This document shows positions 46,569 through 56,652 of a stretch of DNA of 64,000 bases, one piece after another. The notes under the pieces are model-generated. The model had not been told where the DNA came from and made no database searches. It saw only the letters and a program-made list of their open reading frames with translations. Positions within the stretch are counted from its first letter, which is position 1. The number at the start of each line of letters is the position of its first letter. Both the position numbers and the translations under genes were made by a program. Origin of the DNA: Clostridia bacterium (GTDB lineage Bacteria > Bacillota > Clostridia > Christensenellales > SZUA-584); NCBI GenBank assembly GCA_018648645.1, contig JABGQS010000005.1, forward strand, positions 24,511 to 88,510. Direction: 5' to 3'.

Positions 46569-48140
46569 TTACTTCTTTCTATTTTTAAATACTCCTGATT
46601 TTGTAATAAACATAGTACTAAATAGCGTTATCGCTATAGCTGCAACTATGGAAGCTATCAACACTATTATCCAAGTTGAATTCTTCTCCTTATACTCTGA
46701 ATCCATTTCTGTATTTTTATCTGTTTCATAATCCTCTAGAGTCTGTTCCTCTTGAACAATCGCGGGCGCGAGTGCAGAGTCATGGGTTGGTTCGGGAGTC
46801 AGAACTGAAGCCCCTTCAGGCGTTTGCGAAGATGTTGGTGAGGATGCTGGAGAAGACATTGGCGAGGATGTTGGCGAAGACATTGGTGAGGATGCTGGTG
46901 AAGCGCTTGGAGAAGATACCGGCCACCAGTCTGCATACAGTATCATATCACCCGTTACCGTGAATGGGAACTCTATTTCTGTTAGCTGCGAAGGTGTTAC
47001 ATGAGCATACCAACCGTGAAACTCGTAACCATTTTTTGCTGGTGTCGGTGGAGCCGTTACCCCATGTCCGGCTGCTTTATACAGTGTCGGCACAGGGCTT
47101 CCCCCTTGCGAATCGAACTCAATAACCCAAACAGCGTGGAACGGAAAACCATTTGCTGCAGCAAAAGCCTCTGCGGTGCTTCCAGTATACCCATAAATGC
47201 CATCGTTGTTTAGTGAAGATGACCTAAACACACCTACACCAATTGTAACTGTTGGACTAAGTATGACAACCTTTTCTAAGCCATAGCAGTTCTTAAGTAC
47301 GCCGTATTCAATCACCTTCACACTTTCTGGAATTATCATTTCCGAAAGTAAATAACATTGTAAAAACGTCCCTGAGTATATGGTTCTCAAGGTGCTGGGC
47401 AAGCTTACATTTTCGAGCGAATTGCCAGAAATTCCTCCAATTGAAACCACACCTTCCGGTATTTCAAGGCTGGTAAGCGAATGACAAGCTCTTAATCCAT
47501 ATAGAAAAACTAAAGTGCTTGGCAGACTTATGCTTTCTAGAGATGTGCATTGAGTAAAAGTATTACTACTTATAGTTGTCACACCTTCCGGTATATCAAT
47601 GCTTATTAGTGCTGTACAGCGATAGAATGCCATAGCATATATATTAGTCAAGGTGCTTGGTAAACTTACGCTGGCAAGCGATGAGCAGTCATAAAACGCT
47701 TCAGCGTGGATGGTAGTCACGCCTTCGGGAATTATGACGCTTGTGAGTGCGCTGCAGCCTCTAAAAGCACCCCATCCTATTTCCCTCAAACTCCTGGGTA
47801 AAATCACGCTGGTCATCAATGTTCTTGAATGAAATGCATATTTGCCTATTTTTTTAACGCCTTCGGGTATTGTTACACTGGTTATACTTATTGTAAACTT
47901 GCTGTAAAATGCATTTTCAGCAATCTCTGTCACAGCTTTCCCGCTCAGTGTGGCGGGTATATTCACAATGTTTCCGCCAGAGTATCCTGACACAGCTACG
48001 GTACCATCTGCAAGTTCAATCCAATTAAAATCACCATCTGTTCCCGTATCACCCTGAACAGAAAAGGCACTTGGAATAAAAACGAACATCAAACATATAC
48101 TCAGTAAAACTGCACTGAAATAACGAATTGAGTTTTTCAT
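46569..48140 (-). CDS. BspA-type leucine-rich-repeat surface protein with Ser/Pro-rich stalk and C-terminal TM anchor
   Basis: Start MKNSIRYF after ggagg (ATG at 48140). Signal peptide, then about 10 repeats of 'L.SV.IPEGVT.I...AF..C.SL'. 'GYEFHGWY' is a Listeria-Bacteroides-type repeat. Stalk 'SPSASPASSPMSSPTSSPMSSPASSPTSS', then a C-terminal hydrophobic helix plus KNRKK. Confidence 0.8.
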   Translation of the reverse strand: MKNSIRYFSAVLLSICLMFVFIPSAFSVQGDTGTDGDFNWIELADGTVAVSGYSGGNIVNIPATLSGKAVTEIAENAFYSKFTISITSVTIPEGVKKIGKYAFHSRTLMTSVILPRSLREIGWGAFRGCSALTSVIIPEGVTTIHAEAFYDCSSLASVSLPSTLTNIYAMAFYRCTALISIDIPEGVTTISSNTFTQCTSLESISLPSTLVFLYGLRACHSLTSLEIPEGVVSIGGISGNSLENVSLPSTLRTIYSGTFLQCYLLSEMIIPESVKVIEYGVLKNCYGLEKVVILSPTVTIGVGVFRSSSLNNDGIYGYTGSTAEAFAAANGFPFHAVWVIEFDSQGGSPVPTLYKAAGHGVTAPPTPAKNGYEFHGWYAHVTPSQLTEIEFPFTVTGDMILYADWWPVSSPSASPASSPMSSPTSSPMSSPASSPTSSQTPEGASVLTPEPTHDSALAPAIVQEEQTLEDYETDKNTEMDSEYKEKNSTWIIVLIASIVAAIAITLFSTMFITKSGVFKNRKK

Positions 48141-48396
48141 ATGGATTACCTCCAAAAAGAAATTGATTCATTTTCAAGTAATAATTTTGAGTATTCATTA
48201 TTGTTCGAGGATTAGTCTGAATAAACGTCTTTTGATGTTACTTTATTATACCATAATATTAATACCTTTACCATATGACAAAAAATTGCTGATAAATTAT
48301 AATTGTCAGCAGTACCGATACTTATTAGACTCATATAATATAAATCTTTTAACGTCGCTTAAAAATAAATGTAGTTAGGGATACAATCCTGCTTTA

Positions 48397-48430
48397 TTTC
48401 CTTTGTGTAGGAGTCAATCCTTCGGTACCA
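48397..48430 (+). repeat. 34-nt tRNA-3'-end-like direct repeat, right copy
   Basis: See the 46445 copy. It runs into the 49-nt repeat. Confidence 0.7.
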
Positions 48431-48467
48431 AAACAAAAGACAGCCCTAGCGGCTGTCTTTTGTTTTG
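48419..48467 (+). repeat. 49-nt direct repeat, copy 2 (att-like) including the terminator hairpin
   Basis: Identical by eye to 45821-45869. Confidence 0.8.
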
Positions 48468-48616
48468 GTACTACATATGGAGGGATTGAACGATCAGCTG
48501 CATTGCGAAGCGCACTTCGCGGCCTTGTATAGCGGGTGCAGTCTAAAATATAAGCACCTATCGCGAAAACAACTAATTATGCTATAATGAAACCAAGTCA
48601 AATACAGGAGCGGGCG

Positions 48617-49708
48617 ATGACAGAAAGACAGCGATTTCTCGCCGTGATGGCGGGGAAAAAACCGGACAAACCACCATGGTACGGCGACCTTTCCTATTAC
48701 TACTTCGCGTTGCAAAAAGACAACCTTCTCGATAAAAAGTATCAAGGCGATGAGGGCTACTTGCAGTTTCACATAGACAAAGGCGTCGGCATCTATTTTT
48801 ACGCGCCAAATATGTGGGACATCTCTTACAGCGGAAATGTGCACTACGAGGAAAGAATAGTCGGTACCCGGAAATTCACATCATACACAACACCGCACGG
48901 CGATATAACATGCACACAAAAATATTCGTCGACAACGTACTCGTGGGCGTACACATCGCACTTTGTAAACGACATGGAGCAGCTCAAACTCATGCAATAC
49001 GTGCTTGAGAACACAGTCTATCACGCAAACTACGACGAGTTTAATCGCGTTGACAAGCTGTGGGCAGATTACGGGCTGCCTGCTGCGCTTGCCCCGATTT
49101 CGGTATCGCCACTGCAAAAGTTGCTGGCAAGATGGGCGGGAGTTGCGACCACGGTCGAGTTGTTTGCGAAGGACATGGACGGGTTTGAGAAAATCCTCGC
49201 CGACATGCAAAAAACCGAAGACAAGCCGTTCGAGATAATATGCAATTCGAATGCGCAGTACGTAGAATTTGCGGAAAACCTGTCGAGCGAAATCACCGGG
49301 CGCATGTTTTTTGACATGTTCAACGCGGAGTATTACTCGCAAAGAACCAGGCAGCTGCACAACGCGGGCAAATACGTCGGTATCCATATCGACGGCACAT
49401 TGTCGCCTTGCTTGTCCATGCTAAAGGGTTGCGGGTTTGACGCAGCAGAAGCGGTGACTCCTGCGCCGGTCGGCGATATAGAAATCGAAGATTTGCGAGC
49501 TGCCGCGGGCGATATCGTGATTATCGGCGGGCTGCCGGGCGCGCTTTTCACAGCGCAGTATTCGGACGCATTTTTTGACTCTCATCTTTTGCGACTGCTC
49601 CAAGCATTCGAGAACGACAGCAAGTTCATCGTCGGCGTTGCAGACCAAGTGCCGCCCGACGTTGTGCCGGGGCGTGTAGAGCGCGTGCGCGAAGTAATCG
49701 GGGAATAG
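48617..49708 (+). CDS. Uroporphyrinogen decarboxylase (URO-D) family protein, MtaA/CmuA-like
   Basis: Start MTERQRFLAVM after aggag (the ORF opens at 48587). 'RQRFLAVMAGKKPDKPPW' is a URO-D-like N-terminus. 'GIHIDG...GFDAAEAVTP' is TIM-barrel-like. Promoter TGcTATAAT at about 48570. Confidence 0.55.
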   Translation: MTERQRFLAVMAGKKPDKPPWYGDLSYYYFALQKDNLLDKKYQGDEGYLQFHIDKGVGIYFYAPNMWDISYSGNVHYEERIVGTRKFTSYTTPHGDITCTQKYSSTTYSWAYTSHFVNDMEQLKLMQYVLENTVYHANYDEFNRVDKLWADYGLPAALAPISVSPLQKLLARWAGVATTVELFAKDMDGFEKILADMQKTEDKPFEIICNSNAQYVEFAENLSSEITGRMFFDMFNAEYYSQRTRQLHNAGKYVGIHIDGTLSPCLSMLKGCGFDAAEAVTPAPVGDIEIEDLRAAAGDIVIIGGLPGALFTAQYSDAFFDSHLLRLLQAFENDSKFIVGVADQVPPDVVPGRVERVREVIGE

Positions 49709-49787
49709 CAGAGAATAAAAAACGCCTTGACACGAATTGTCAAGGGCGTTTTTTTATGTAAAATATGTAAGCAGTCATTTGCGACGG

Positions 49788-51263
49788 TTATATATAAAAC
49801 AAGTCCTTAGTCGCAAACTGGTCATCGCTGGTAAAGTTGATACCGAGGCTTCTAAACATCGACTCGTCGGCCTGGCTCAAAATAACGGTGCAGTGCACTT
49901 CGCATGCCCTCAGATCAAAAAGCTTCTCATACGCCTTTTTAGATGTTGGGTTCGTGTTCGAGCTAATGGACAGCGCGATCAGCACTTCTTCGATATTCAG
50001 CTGCGAATTCTTGTGGTTCAGCACGTCGCCTTTCAGCGCAATAATGGTCTCCAGTATCGAGGGCGAAATCAAATCAAGCTCGTCCGGAATACCCGACAAT
50101 AGTTTGATCGCGTTCAGTATAAGCGCGGCCGAGGGGTTGATAAGCGCAGAACCCCTTGCGGTCACAATTCTACCATCGTGCAGCTCGATAGCTGCGCCAA
50201 TAGCGTCTCCCGCCTTTTCTCTCGCTGGCACAACAACATTGCGCTCTTCGGGCTTCAGATCAAGATCCTTCATAATCAGCTCGGCCCGCTGCGCCGTTTC
50301 GAGATCAAAATGTCCCTTTTTATACTCGCACAAACTCTGAAAATAACGCCTGATAATTTCCTGCTTTGCGGCGGCTCGCACGACTTCGTCGTCGGTGATG
50401 CTAAACCCGGCTTGGTTAACACCCATGTCGGTCGGCGATTTATATATCGATTCCTCTCCCGTGATCTTCTCAAGTATCCTTTTGAGCACAGGGAAAACTT
50501 CAATGTCTCTGTTATAATTCACAACCGTTTCGTCATAAGCTTCAAGGTGAAACGAGTCGATTTGATTTACATCCTTTAAGTCCACAGTCGCCGACTCGTA
50601 AGCAATGTTCACGGGGTGCTTTAGCGGCAGATTCCAAATCGGGAAAGTTTCGAATTTAGAATACCCTGCCTGCACGCCGTTTCTGCTTTCGTGATAAAGC
50701 TGCGAAAGACAGGTCGCAAGCTTGCCGCTGCCGGGGCCGGGTGCGGTCACGACCACAAGCGGCTTTGTCGTTTCGATAAACGGATTTGCTCCGTATCCGT
50801 CCTTGCTGACAATCATTTCAACGTCGGTTGGATATCCTTTTGTGAATTTATGTGTATAGGTTTTAATACCGCGCCGTTTAAGCTTTTCGATAAATTTGGT
50901 TGCCGAAGGCTGCTCTTGATACCTCGTAATCACGACGCTGTTGATATTCAGCCCAAGTCCTCTCAAGTCATCTATCAACCGCATAACATCCATATCATAC
51001 GTGATGCCGTAGTCCGCCCTAATTTTGTTTTTCTCGATATCGCCGGCATATACGCAAATTATGATTTCGAGATTGTCCTTCAATTGCGTTAAAAGCTTAA
51101 CCTTTGCGTTAACGTCAAACCCGGGCAGCACCCTTGCTGCGTGATGGTCGGTAAACAGCTTGCCGCCAAACTCGAGGTACAGCTTATGGTTGTTATCAAC
51201 GCGCTCAAGTATATACTGCGTTTGCTCCGTTAAGTACTTCTCGTGATCAAAACCAATCTTCAT
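49788..51263 (-). CDS. DUF1846 (UPF0371) family protein
   Basis: 491 aa. '[22 protein letters not shown]...[20 protein letters not shown]' is the typical UPF0371 N-terminus. Confidence 0.8.
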   Translation of the reverse strand: MKIGFDHEKYLTEQTQYILERVDNNHKLYLEFGGKLFTDHHAARVLPGFDVNAKVKLLTQLKDNLEIIICVYAGDIEKNKIRADYGITYDMDVMRLIDDLRGLGLNINSVVITRYQEQPSATKFIEKLKRRGIKTYTHKFTKGYPTDVEMIVSKDGYGANPFIETTKPLVVVTAPGPGSGKLATCLSQLYHESRNGVQAGYSKFETFPIWNLPLKHPVNIAYESATVDLKDVNQIDSFHLEAYDETVVNYNRDIEVFPVLKRILEKITGEESIYKSPTDMGVNQAGFSITDDEVVRAAAKQEIIRRYFQSLCEYKKGHFDLETAQRAELIMKDLDLKPEERNVVVPAREKAGDAIGAAIELHDGRIVTARGSALINPSAALILNAIKLLSGIPDELDLISPSILETIIALKGDVLNHKNSQLNIEEVLIALSISSNTNPTSKKAYEKLFDLRACEVHCTVILSQADESMFRSLGINFTSDDQFATKDLFYI

Positions 51264-51421
51264 TCACAGTCTCCCTTAAAATATTTACTCTGCTAATTGT
51301 ATCAATAATTTTGCGTATAAACAATGCAAAAACAAAAATACTAAACTTTTGTAACATTAAGTATTTTTATGGGGATTATAACATTTAATTTTGCACCCAA
51401 GCAGCTTAATCGAGCCGATTT

Positions 51422-52279
51422 TCAAATTATATCAACGTCAATATCGAGCGTCTTGCAGGTGCTTGCCCACAGCCGCTTTTGCATTTGCGCATCAAAGATG
51501 TTCTCGCGCACGGGCGTAATCGCGCCGTTTTCTAAGTACTTGCCGGTGACTCCGGTCAGCTCGTCTGCGATTGCGGCATAGATGCTCGTCCTCGCTGCCT
51601 GCTCGTTTGTCTGCGCCCTGCCTGCAATCATTTTGTTTGCCAGCCGCCAATACCACGTATCGGACGGAAATATTCCCGTAACGCTATGCCCGGGGTTGAC
51701 GGAATTCACGGTGACGCCGCGGTCTTTCAAACGCGCTGCCAGCTCGAAGGAGAAATACATCAGCGCGAGTTTGGACGCAGCGTACGCCGGGAAGTTGCTC
51801 CTCGCGCCGAGTGAGGGCTTGTTTAGCTTCAGCTTGCCGCCGTAATACGCGCCGGACGACAGGTTGACGATGCGGGCTTTTCCGGTGTCCAATATCGCAG
51901 GCAGCAGCAAATGGGTCAAATACACCGTGCCGTAATAATTAACCCCCATCGTGGTTTCAAACCCGTCCTTGGTAAGCGTATGCTTGCGACAAAATACACC
52001 CGCGTTGTTAATCAACACATCAAGCCGATCGTACTTTTTATTAAAAGCGTCAGCAAACACTTCGATGGACTTTAGGTTCGCTAAATCGAGCTGCATCAAA
52101 TCGACATCACAGCCGCTTGCCTTTTCGAAACTCGCGCATACAGGCGCCGACTTCTCCGCATCTCGGCACGCCATCACAATTTTCGTGTTTTCATCGAGCA
52201 ACCCGCGCAGTGTCTCAATGCCGATGCCCGCATTTGCGCCTGTAATGACAATTACTTTCTTATCGCTGGTCTTCTTCAT
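51422..52279 (-). CDS. SDR family oxidoreductase
   Basis: Start MKKTSDKKVIVITGANAGIG after gaaggag (TGxxxGxG). 'NNAG' and 'YAASK' form the catalytic motif. Confidence 0.85.
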   Translation of the reverse strand: MKKTSDKKVIVITGANAGIGIETLRGLLDENTKIVMACRDAEKSAPVCASFEKASGCDVDLMQLDLANLKSIEVFADAFNKKYDRLDVLINNAGVFCRKHTLTKDGFETTMGVNYYGTVYLTHLLLPAILDTGKARIVNLSSGAYYGGKLKLNKPSLGARSNFPAYAASKLALMYFSFELAARLKDRGVTVNSVNPGHSVTGIFPSDTWYWRLANKMIAGRAQTNEQAARTSIYAAIADELTGVTGKYLENGAITPVRENIFDAQMQKRLWASTCKTLDIDVDII

Positions 52280-52383
52280 AGAACTCCTTCGTCGAATCCG
52301 CATGGTTCGTGCTTTATAAGAATGAGAACACACAGATAAAAACAGCACACGAAACGACGCATGCTGCTTTAATTTGTATAATA

Positions 52384-52698
52384 CTATTTCAGCTTCACTG
52401 CTGTGCCGTATACCATGACCTCAGCCGCGCCCTGCGTCACGCTGCTTGTGGCATATCGTATATTGACAACTCCGTCTGCACCGAGCTTCTCCGCTTCGTC
52501 CACCATACGTTTTGTCGCGATTGCGCGCGCTTCGTTAATCATCTCTGTATACTGGGTAAGCTCTCCACCAACGAGGTTTTTAAACCCGGCTAAAATATCT
52601 TTACCAACGTTCTTCGCTCTTATTGTAGAGCCTTTCACAATCCCCAGTGTCTCAATCTTTTTTCCTGAAACATAATCAGTATTTACTAACAACATCAT
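52384..52698 (-). CDS. ybjQ: YbjQ/UPF0145 family protein
   Basis: 104 aa with 'IETLGIVKGSTIRAKNVGKDILAGFKNLVGGE...Y..M...AR..A..RM...A..LGADGVVN.R'. Confidence 0.85.
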   Translation of the reverse strand: MMLLVNTDYVSGKKIETLGIVKGSTIRAKNVGKDILAGFKNLVGGELTQYTEMINEARAIATKRMVDEAEKLGADGVVNIRYATSSVTQGAAEVMVYGTAVKLK

Positions 52699-52897
52699 CT
52701 ATGTCCTCCTTTTTTATTTCTCTTATTCGCTGCACAGTAACAGCTATCATAGCGGCTATCAAAGCTGCCAGTACAACTATTATTATTACTTTTACAAAAA
52801 CAAATGGAATTAGACAAGCAATCCATCCGAAATATGCGCCCATTGCAGCGCAGGCAAGAGCCGCGATAATAATCGGTGCAATAATCTTCTTTAACAT
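52676..52897 (-). CDS. Small two-helix membrane protein
   Basis: Start MLKKIIAPIII after ggagg. 73 aa, two hydrophobic helices and an acidic tail. Overlaps the ybjQ start by 23 nt. Confidence 0.5.
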   Translation of the reverse strand: MLKKIIAPIIIAALACAAMGAYFGWIACLIPFVFVKVIIIVVLAALIAAMIAVTVQRIREIKKEDIDDVVSKY

Positions 52898-53058
52898 AAC
52901 GACCTCCGTTAATCCTAGTTTATCACAAGAGACACGAGTTTTAAAGCCATTCATGGCATTGCAGCACAATTTTTTGACGTGAGAATTGACGGATGGTATA
53001 ATACATCTCGACGCACATGCGCTAGACAAGCGCTGAACCGGCGAACGGAGAAATTGAC

Positions 53059-54003
53059 ATGATGATTAGCGACTTTAAGCAAAAAGACGTGGAGCAGGCA
53101 AGGCAGCTTGCGCTAAGCAATTACAACGAGGAGCGAGCGGCTCTGCCAGCTCTTCCGGCGATAGAAAGCACGCCGGATATTGGCGAATTCGCACAAAACG
53201 GTCTTGGTGTCGCTATGTATGAAGGCGAGACCATGCTCGGGTTCTTGTGCGGTCAAAAGTTCGACAACTTTGGCATCAAGCGCGTTTATTCGCCCGAGCA
53301 CGCACACGGCGCGATAAAACAAAACAGAGCGAAGATATACTCGAGACTGTACCAAGCGGCAAGCGAAAAGTGGGTGACGCAAAAGGCGCTCATACACTCG
53401 GTCACGTTGTATTCGCACGACGAGACTGCAAAGCATAGCTTTTTCAACAACGTGTTTGGTGCATGCGTGATGTACGCCGCTATGGACATCAGTAAGTCGC
53501 CAAATATAAGAAAGTGTGACAATGAGCGATACGAGCTGTGCGAGCTAACTCCCGAGCGCTTTGGCGAGGTGTTGCCGCTGCAAAACAAGCTGCTCTCGCA
53601 TTTGCGCCAAGCGCCTGTTTTTCTGCCATACGAGAAAATCACACAAGAGCGCTTTGCGACATTCAAAGGCAAGCGATACTTTGCTGCGCTGGAGGATAAC
53701 CAAATCATCGCGTATCTGCGCACACAAGAGAACGCCGAAAACTTCGTTACGTGCGATGCAGGTACAGTTAACATCACGGGCGCATACATGTATCCCGAGC
53801 ACAGAGGCGCAGGGGTCTATACCGGTCTGTTGTCATTTGTAGTGGACACGATGCGCGCTGAAGGATACGAGCGCATCAGCGTGGATTTTGAGACGTACAA
53901 TCCAAACGCTCTCGGGTTTTGGACGAAATACTTTACGCCGTACACAACCAGCGTAACGCGCAGCATAGAGCCGCAGATACTCAACACGAGAGAGATTGAC
54001 TGA
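53059..54003 (+). CDS. GNAT family N-acetyltransferase
   Basis: 314 aa. The C-terminal 'MYPEHRGAGVYTGLLSFVVDTMRAEGYERISVDFETYNPNALGFW' is a GNAT motif A-like acetyl-CoA site. Confidence 0.6.
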   Translation: MMISDFKQKDVEQARQLALSNYNEERAALPALPAIESTPDIGEFAQNGLGVAMYEGETMLGFLCGQKFDNFGIKRVYSPEHAHGAIKQNRAKIYSRLYQAASEKWVTQKALIHSVTLYSHDETAKHSFFNNVFGACVMYAAMDISKSPNIRKCDNERYELCELTPERFGEVLPLQNKLLSHLRQAPVFLPYEKITQERFATFKGKRYFAALEDNQIIAYLRTQENAENFVTCDAGTVNITGAYMYPEHRGAGVYTGLLSFVVDTMRAEGYERISVDFETYNPNALGFWTKYFTPYTTSVTRSIEPQILNTREID

Positions 54004-54054
54004 TAAGCGCGCAATCGCAATAAAACGATAAACACATTGGAAGGAAACAAAACG

Positions 54055-55302
54055 ATGCAATACAGAAAAATGCCAAACACAAAAGAGCAGCTCTCTGCAC
54101 TTGGATACGGAGTCATGCGCATGCCGACAAAACGAGGCAAGGCGGGCGGCATGACGACGTTGATTGATGCCGAAAAATCCAAGAAGCTGATTCGCTACGC
54201 TATCGACAACGGCGTTAATTATCTCGACACCGCATATCCGTACCACAGAGGCACATCCGAGAGCTTTCTGGGCGAGCATGTTTTGCCGGACGGTTATCGC
54301 GAAAAGGTTTTTATCGCAACAAAGATGCCGACCTTTTCGATTAATAAAACAGAGAGATTTAACGAGATATTTGAAAAACAGCTAAAGAAACTCAAAGTTG
54401 ACTATATCGACTACTACTTAATGCACAGTCTGGACGGAAGCACGTGGGGCAAGATGAAAGGTCTTGGCGTTATTGAATGGATGGACAAAGTTCGCGCGCA
54501 GGGCAAGGTTAAGAAAATCGGGTTCTCGTTTCACGGGCTGCATGACGAGTTTAAGCAGATTGTTGATGAGTACGACTGGGAGTTTGTGCAAGTGCAGTAT
54601 AATATACTGGACATAGATTTTCAGGCGGGTATAAAAGGCATCCGCTATGCGCATAGCAAAGGTCTTGGGGTCATCGTAATGGAACCGCTTCGCGGCGGCG
54701 CGCTGGTCGGCAAAATGCCCAAAGCAGTCAAAGAGATATATCACAATGCGCCAGTTAAGCGAAGTGCTGCAGAGTGGGCGCTCAGGTGGATATACGACCA
54801 CCCGGAGGTTTCGCTGGTGCTGTCGGGAATGAACGATATTCATCACATCGAGGAAAACATACGCGTTGCAAGCGAAACTTTGCCAAACTCTATGAGTGAA
54901 GATGAGCACGAGATAATAGTGCAGGTAAGAGAAAAATATCGCGAGCAATTGACTGTCGCCTGCACCGGCTGCGGCTATTGCGTGCCGTGTCCCGAAAGCA
55001 TCAACATCCCCGACATGCTCAAAGGTCTAAACAACTACCACATGCACGGCAAGACGATACCCAAGCTGTTTCATACACTGCGCAACGGCGTCATGACGAG
55101 CGACCACAAACCGCACTTCGCAAGCAGCTGCACACAATGCGGCAAGTGCGAGAAAAAGTGCCCGCAGCATATCGAAATTCGCAAGGAACTGCGGCACGTT
55201 GCAAAGGATATGGAAAGCCCGATACTGAAAGCGGGCGCAGCGCTAGCCCGCCCGATAATGAATACAAAAAAGAAGACGCAGGAAACCGCGCCGTCTGAAT
55301 AA
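54055..55302 (+). CDS. Aldo/keto reductase with C-terminal 2x[4Fe-4S]-type Cys motifs
   Basis: 'LGYGVMR...GVNYLDTAYPYHRG.SE' is an AKR start. C-terminal 'CTGCGYCVPCP' and 'CTQCGKCEKKCP'. Confidence 0.8.
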   Translation: MQYRKMPNTKEQLSALGYGVMRMPTKRGKAGGMTTLIDAEKSKKLIRYAIDNGVNYLDTAYPYHRGTSESFLGEHVLPDGYREKVFIATKMPTFSINKTERFNEIFEKQLKKLKVDYIDYYLMHSLDGSTWGKMKGLGVIEWMDKVRAQGKVKKIGFSFHGLHDEFKQIVDEYDWEFVQVQYNILDIDFQAGIKGIRYAHSKGLGVIVMEPLRGGALVGKMPKAVKEIYHNAPVKRSAAEWALRWIYDHPEVSLVLSGMNDIHHIEENIRVASETLPNSMSEDEHEIIVQVREKYREQLTVACTGCGYCVPCPESINIPDMLKGLNNYHMHGKTIPKLFHTLRNGVMTSDHKPHFASSCTQCGKCEKKCPQHIEIRKELRHVAKDMESPILKAGAALARPIMNTKKKTQETAPSE

Positions 55303-55325
55303 ACTTGTATATATTGTTATTGAAA

Positions 55326-55356
55326 TAAGGGCGCGGTCTATAAAACGCGCCTTTAT
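55326..55356. terminator. Bidirectional hairpin between converging genes
   Basis: taagggcgcg/cgcgccttta stem flanked by A/T runs. Confidence 0.6.
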
Positions 55357-56432
55357 TATTCCATCTCTGTCTCACTAACCGGCTTCTCGGGGTCGGTCGG
55401 GTCCCATCTCGGATACTCTTCATCTATCGCAATTTTTTCGATATGGTCAACCAAATCACTGCTCAACACCACTTCTATAACTGTGCCTGCCGGGCACTCA
55501 AAGTATACGAACTTGGCAGCTTCCACAGTTGTACGTATGCACCCGCTTGTAGCGGACGATCCGATTGAATTGTACGATTTATATAAAAGCGTATCGAACT
55601 TCTTGCTCCGGTATATCGGTCCGTGGATATACACGCCGCTTGTATACTTCGTGTAGTACGGAGAATACTGCGAGCTGTTCCATCGCTTCCAAGGTCCTTT
55701 GCTGCTAATCTCGAAAACCCCAAGCGCGGTCATTCTGGCCGACCTGCCAACTGCGCATGGGAAAGCGGCAACCAACTTTGTGTACTGACCATTCTCGTCG
55801 TATGTGAACACCGCCATTGTATAGTCCTCTTTATCAACGATAATGTAATACTTATTTTGAAGCGGCGTGTTGTCGCTGGCCAGCGCATCCATGCTGACAA
55901 CTTTTTGATATTGCGAGCTCAAAAGTACATCGTCCGCAATTCCATCCTCGCCCATATCCTCAAAGCTGAGAAGAAGGATGCTGCCACGGCGTATGTTTGA
56001 GATAGACCACGAGTCAATATCGGGCCAAAGAATATCTTTAAAGTAGACAACATCGTTTTCGTCAAGCGCATACAGCACATTATAATCTGCTGATTCAACG
56101 ATATCCCAATCAGCGGTAAGCGAATCGTAACTGATGTTATATTCCAGTGTTCCGTTTTGCAGGGTTAAGTCGCCGAGTTTAACTTCGGCCAGCTCGTTTG
56201 GTTCAGGTATATACGCCGGCTCGGGCGTTGCGATTGGCGTTTGCTCCGATGTTTGTGTTGGCTGCGGGGTTTGTGTTTCGGTTGGCACAGCGCTCGCGGC
56301 TGCCGGCTCATCAGTCGGCTCAGGGCTGCCCGTCCGGTTCGCCGGGTTGTTTATAGTCGCTAGAACGATAATTGCGACAATTACGACCAACGCAAGAAGT
56401 ATTTTTAATATAAGTGATTTGCGAGATTTCAT
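55356..56432 (-). CDS. L,D-transpeptidase (YkuD) family protein with N-terminal TM anchor
   Basis: ATG at 56432 after ggagag. TM helix, Pro/Thr/Glu-rich linker, and catalytic 'IHG......S.GSSATSGCIRT'. Confidence 0.8.
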   Translation of the reverse strand: MKSRKSLILKILLALVVIVAIIVLATINNPANRTGSPEPTDEPAAASAVPTETQTPQPTQTSEQTPIATPEPAYIPEPNELAEVKLGDLTLQNGTLEYNISYDSLTADWDIVESADYNVLYALDENDVVYFKDILWPDIDSWSISNIRRGSILLLSFEDMGEDGIADDVLLSSQYQKVVSMDALASDNTPLQNKYYIIVDKEDYTMAVFTYDENGQYTKLVAAFPCAVGRSARMTALGVFEISSKGPWKRWNSSQYSPYYTKYTSGVYIHGPIYRSKKFDTLLYKSYNSIGSSATSGCIRTTVEAAKFVYFECPAGTVIEVVLSSDLVDHIEKIAIDEEYPRWDPTDPEKPVSETEME

Positions 56433-56652
56433 AGGCAACTCTCCAGTTGAACTTTAAAATAAATTTTATCACACTCGGACAATTAATGCAATATAGAGGA
56501 CGCACATGAAGTGTAAATATTTAGCTATATGCAGTAAAACATACCTTATATTGTGCCATTATCTTGATAAAAGATGTTGGATATGCTATTATTGCAATGT
56601 CATTTGCACAAGGATATTTGATAAATAAATTAGAAGGTTTGCTATTAAAAAG

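Larger units (their letters stand above)
45833..48418. mobile_element. Remnant of tRNA-Leu-targeted integrated DNA (no integrase retained)
   Basis: Bounded by the exact 49-nt direct repeat. AT-rich. Contains decayed tRNA-Leu copies, a gene fragment and one accessory surface-protein gene. Confidence 0.45.

Noticed and set aside
46815-46930. Short tandem nucleotide repeats (ggtgaggatgctgg / gaagacattgg variants) that could suggest a VNTR or CRISPR-like array
   Set aside because: They lie in frame inside the LRR gene and encode the SSP(M/T/A)SSP stalk. There is no spacer/repeat architecture.
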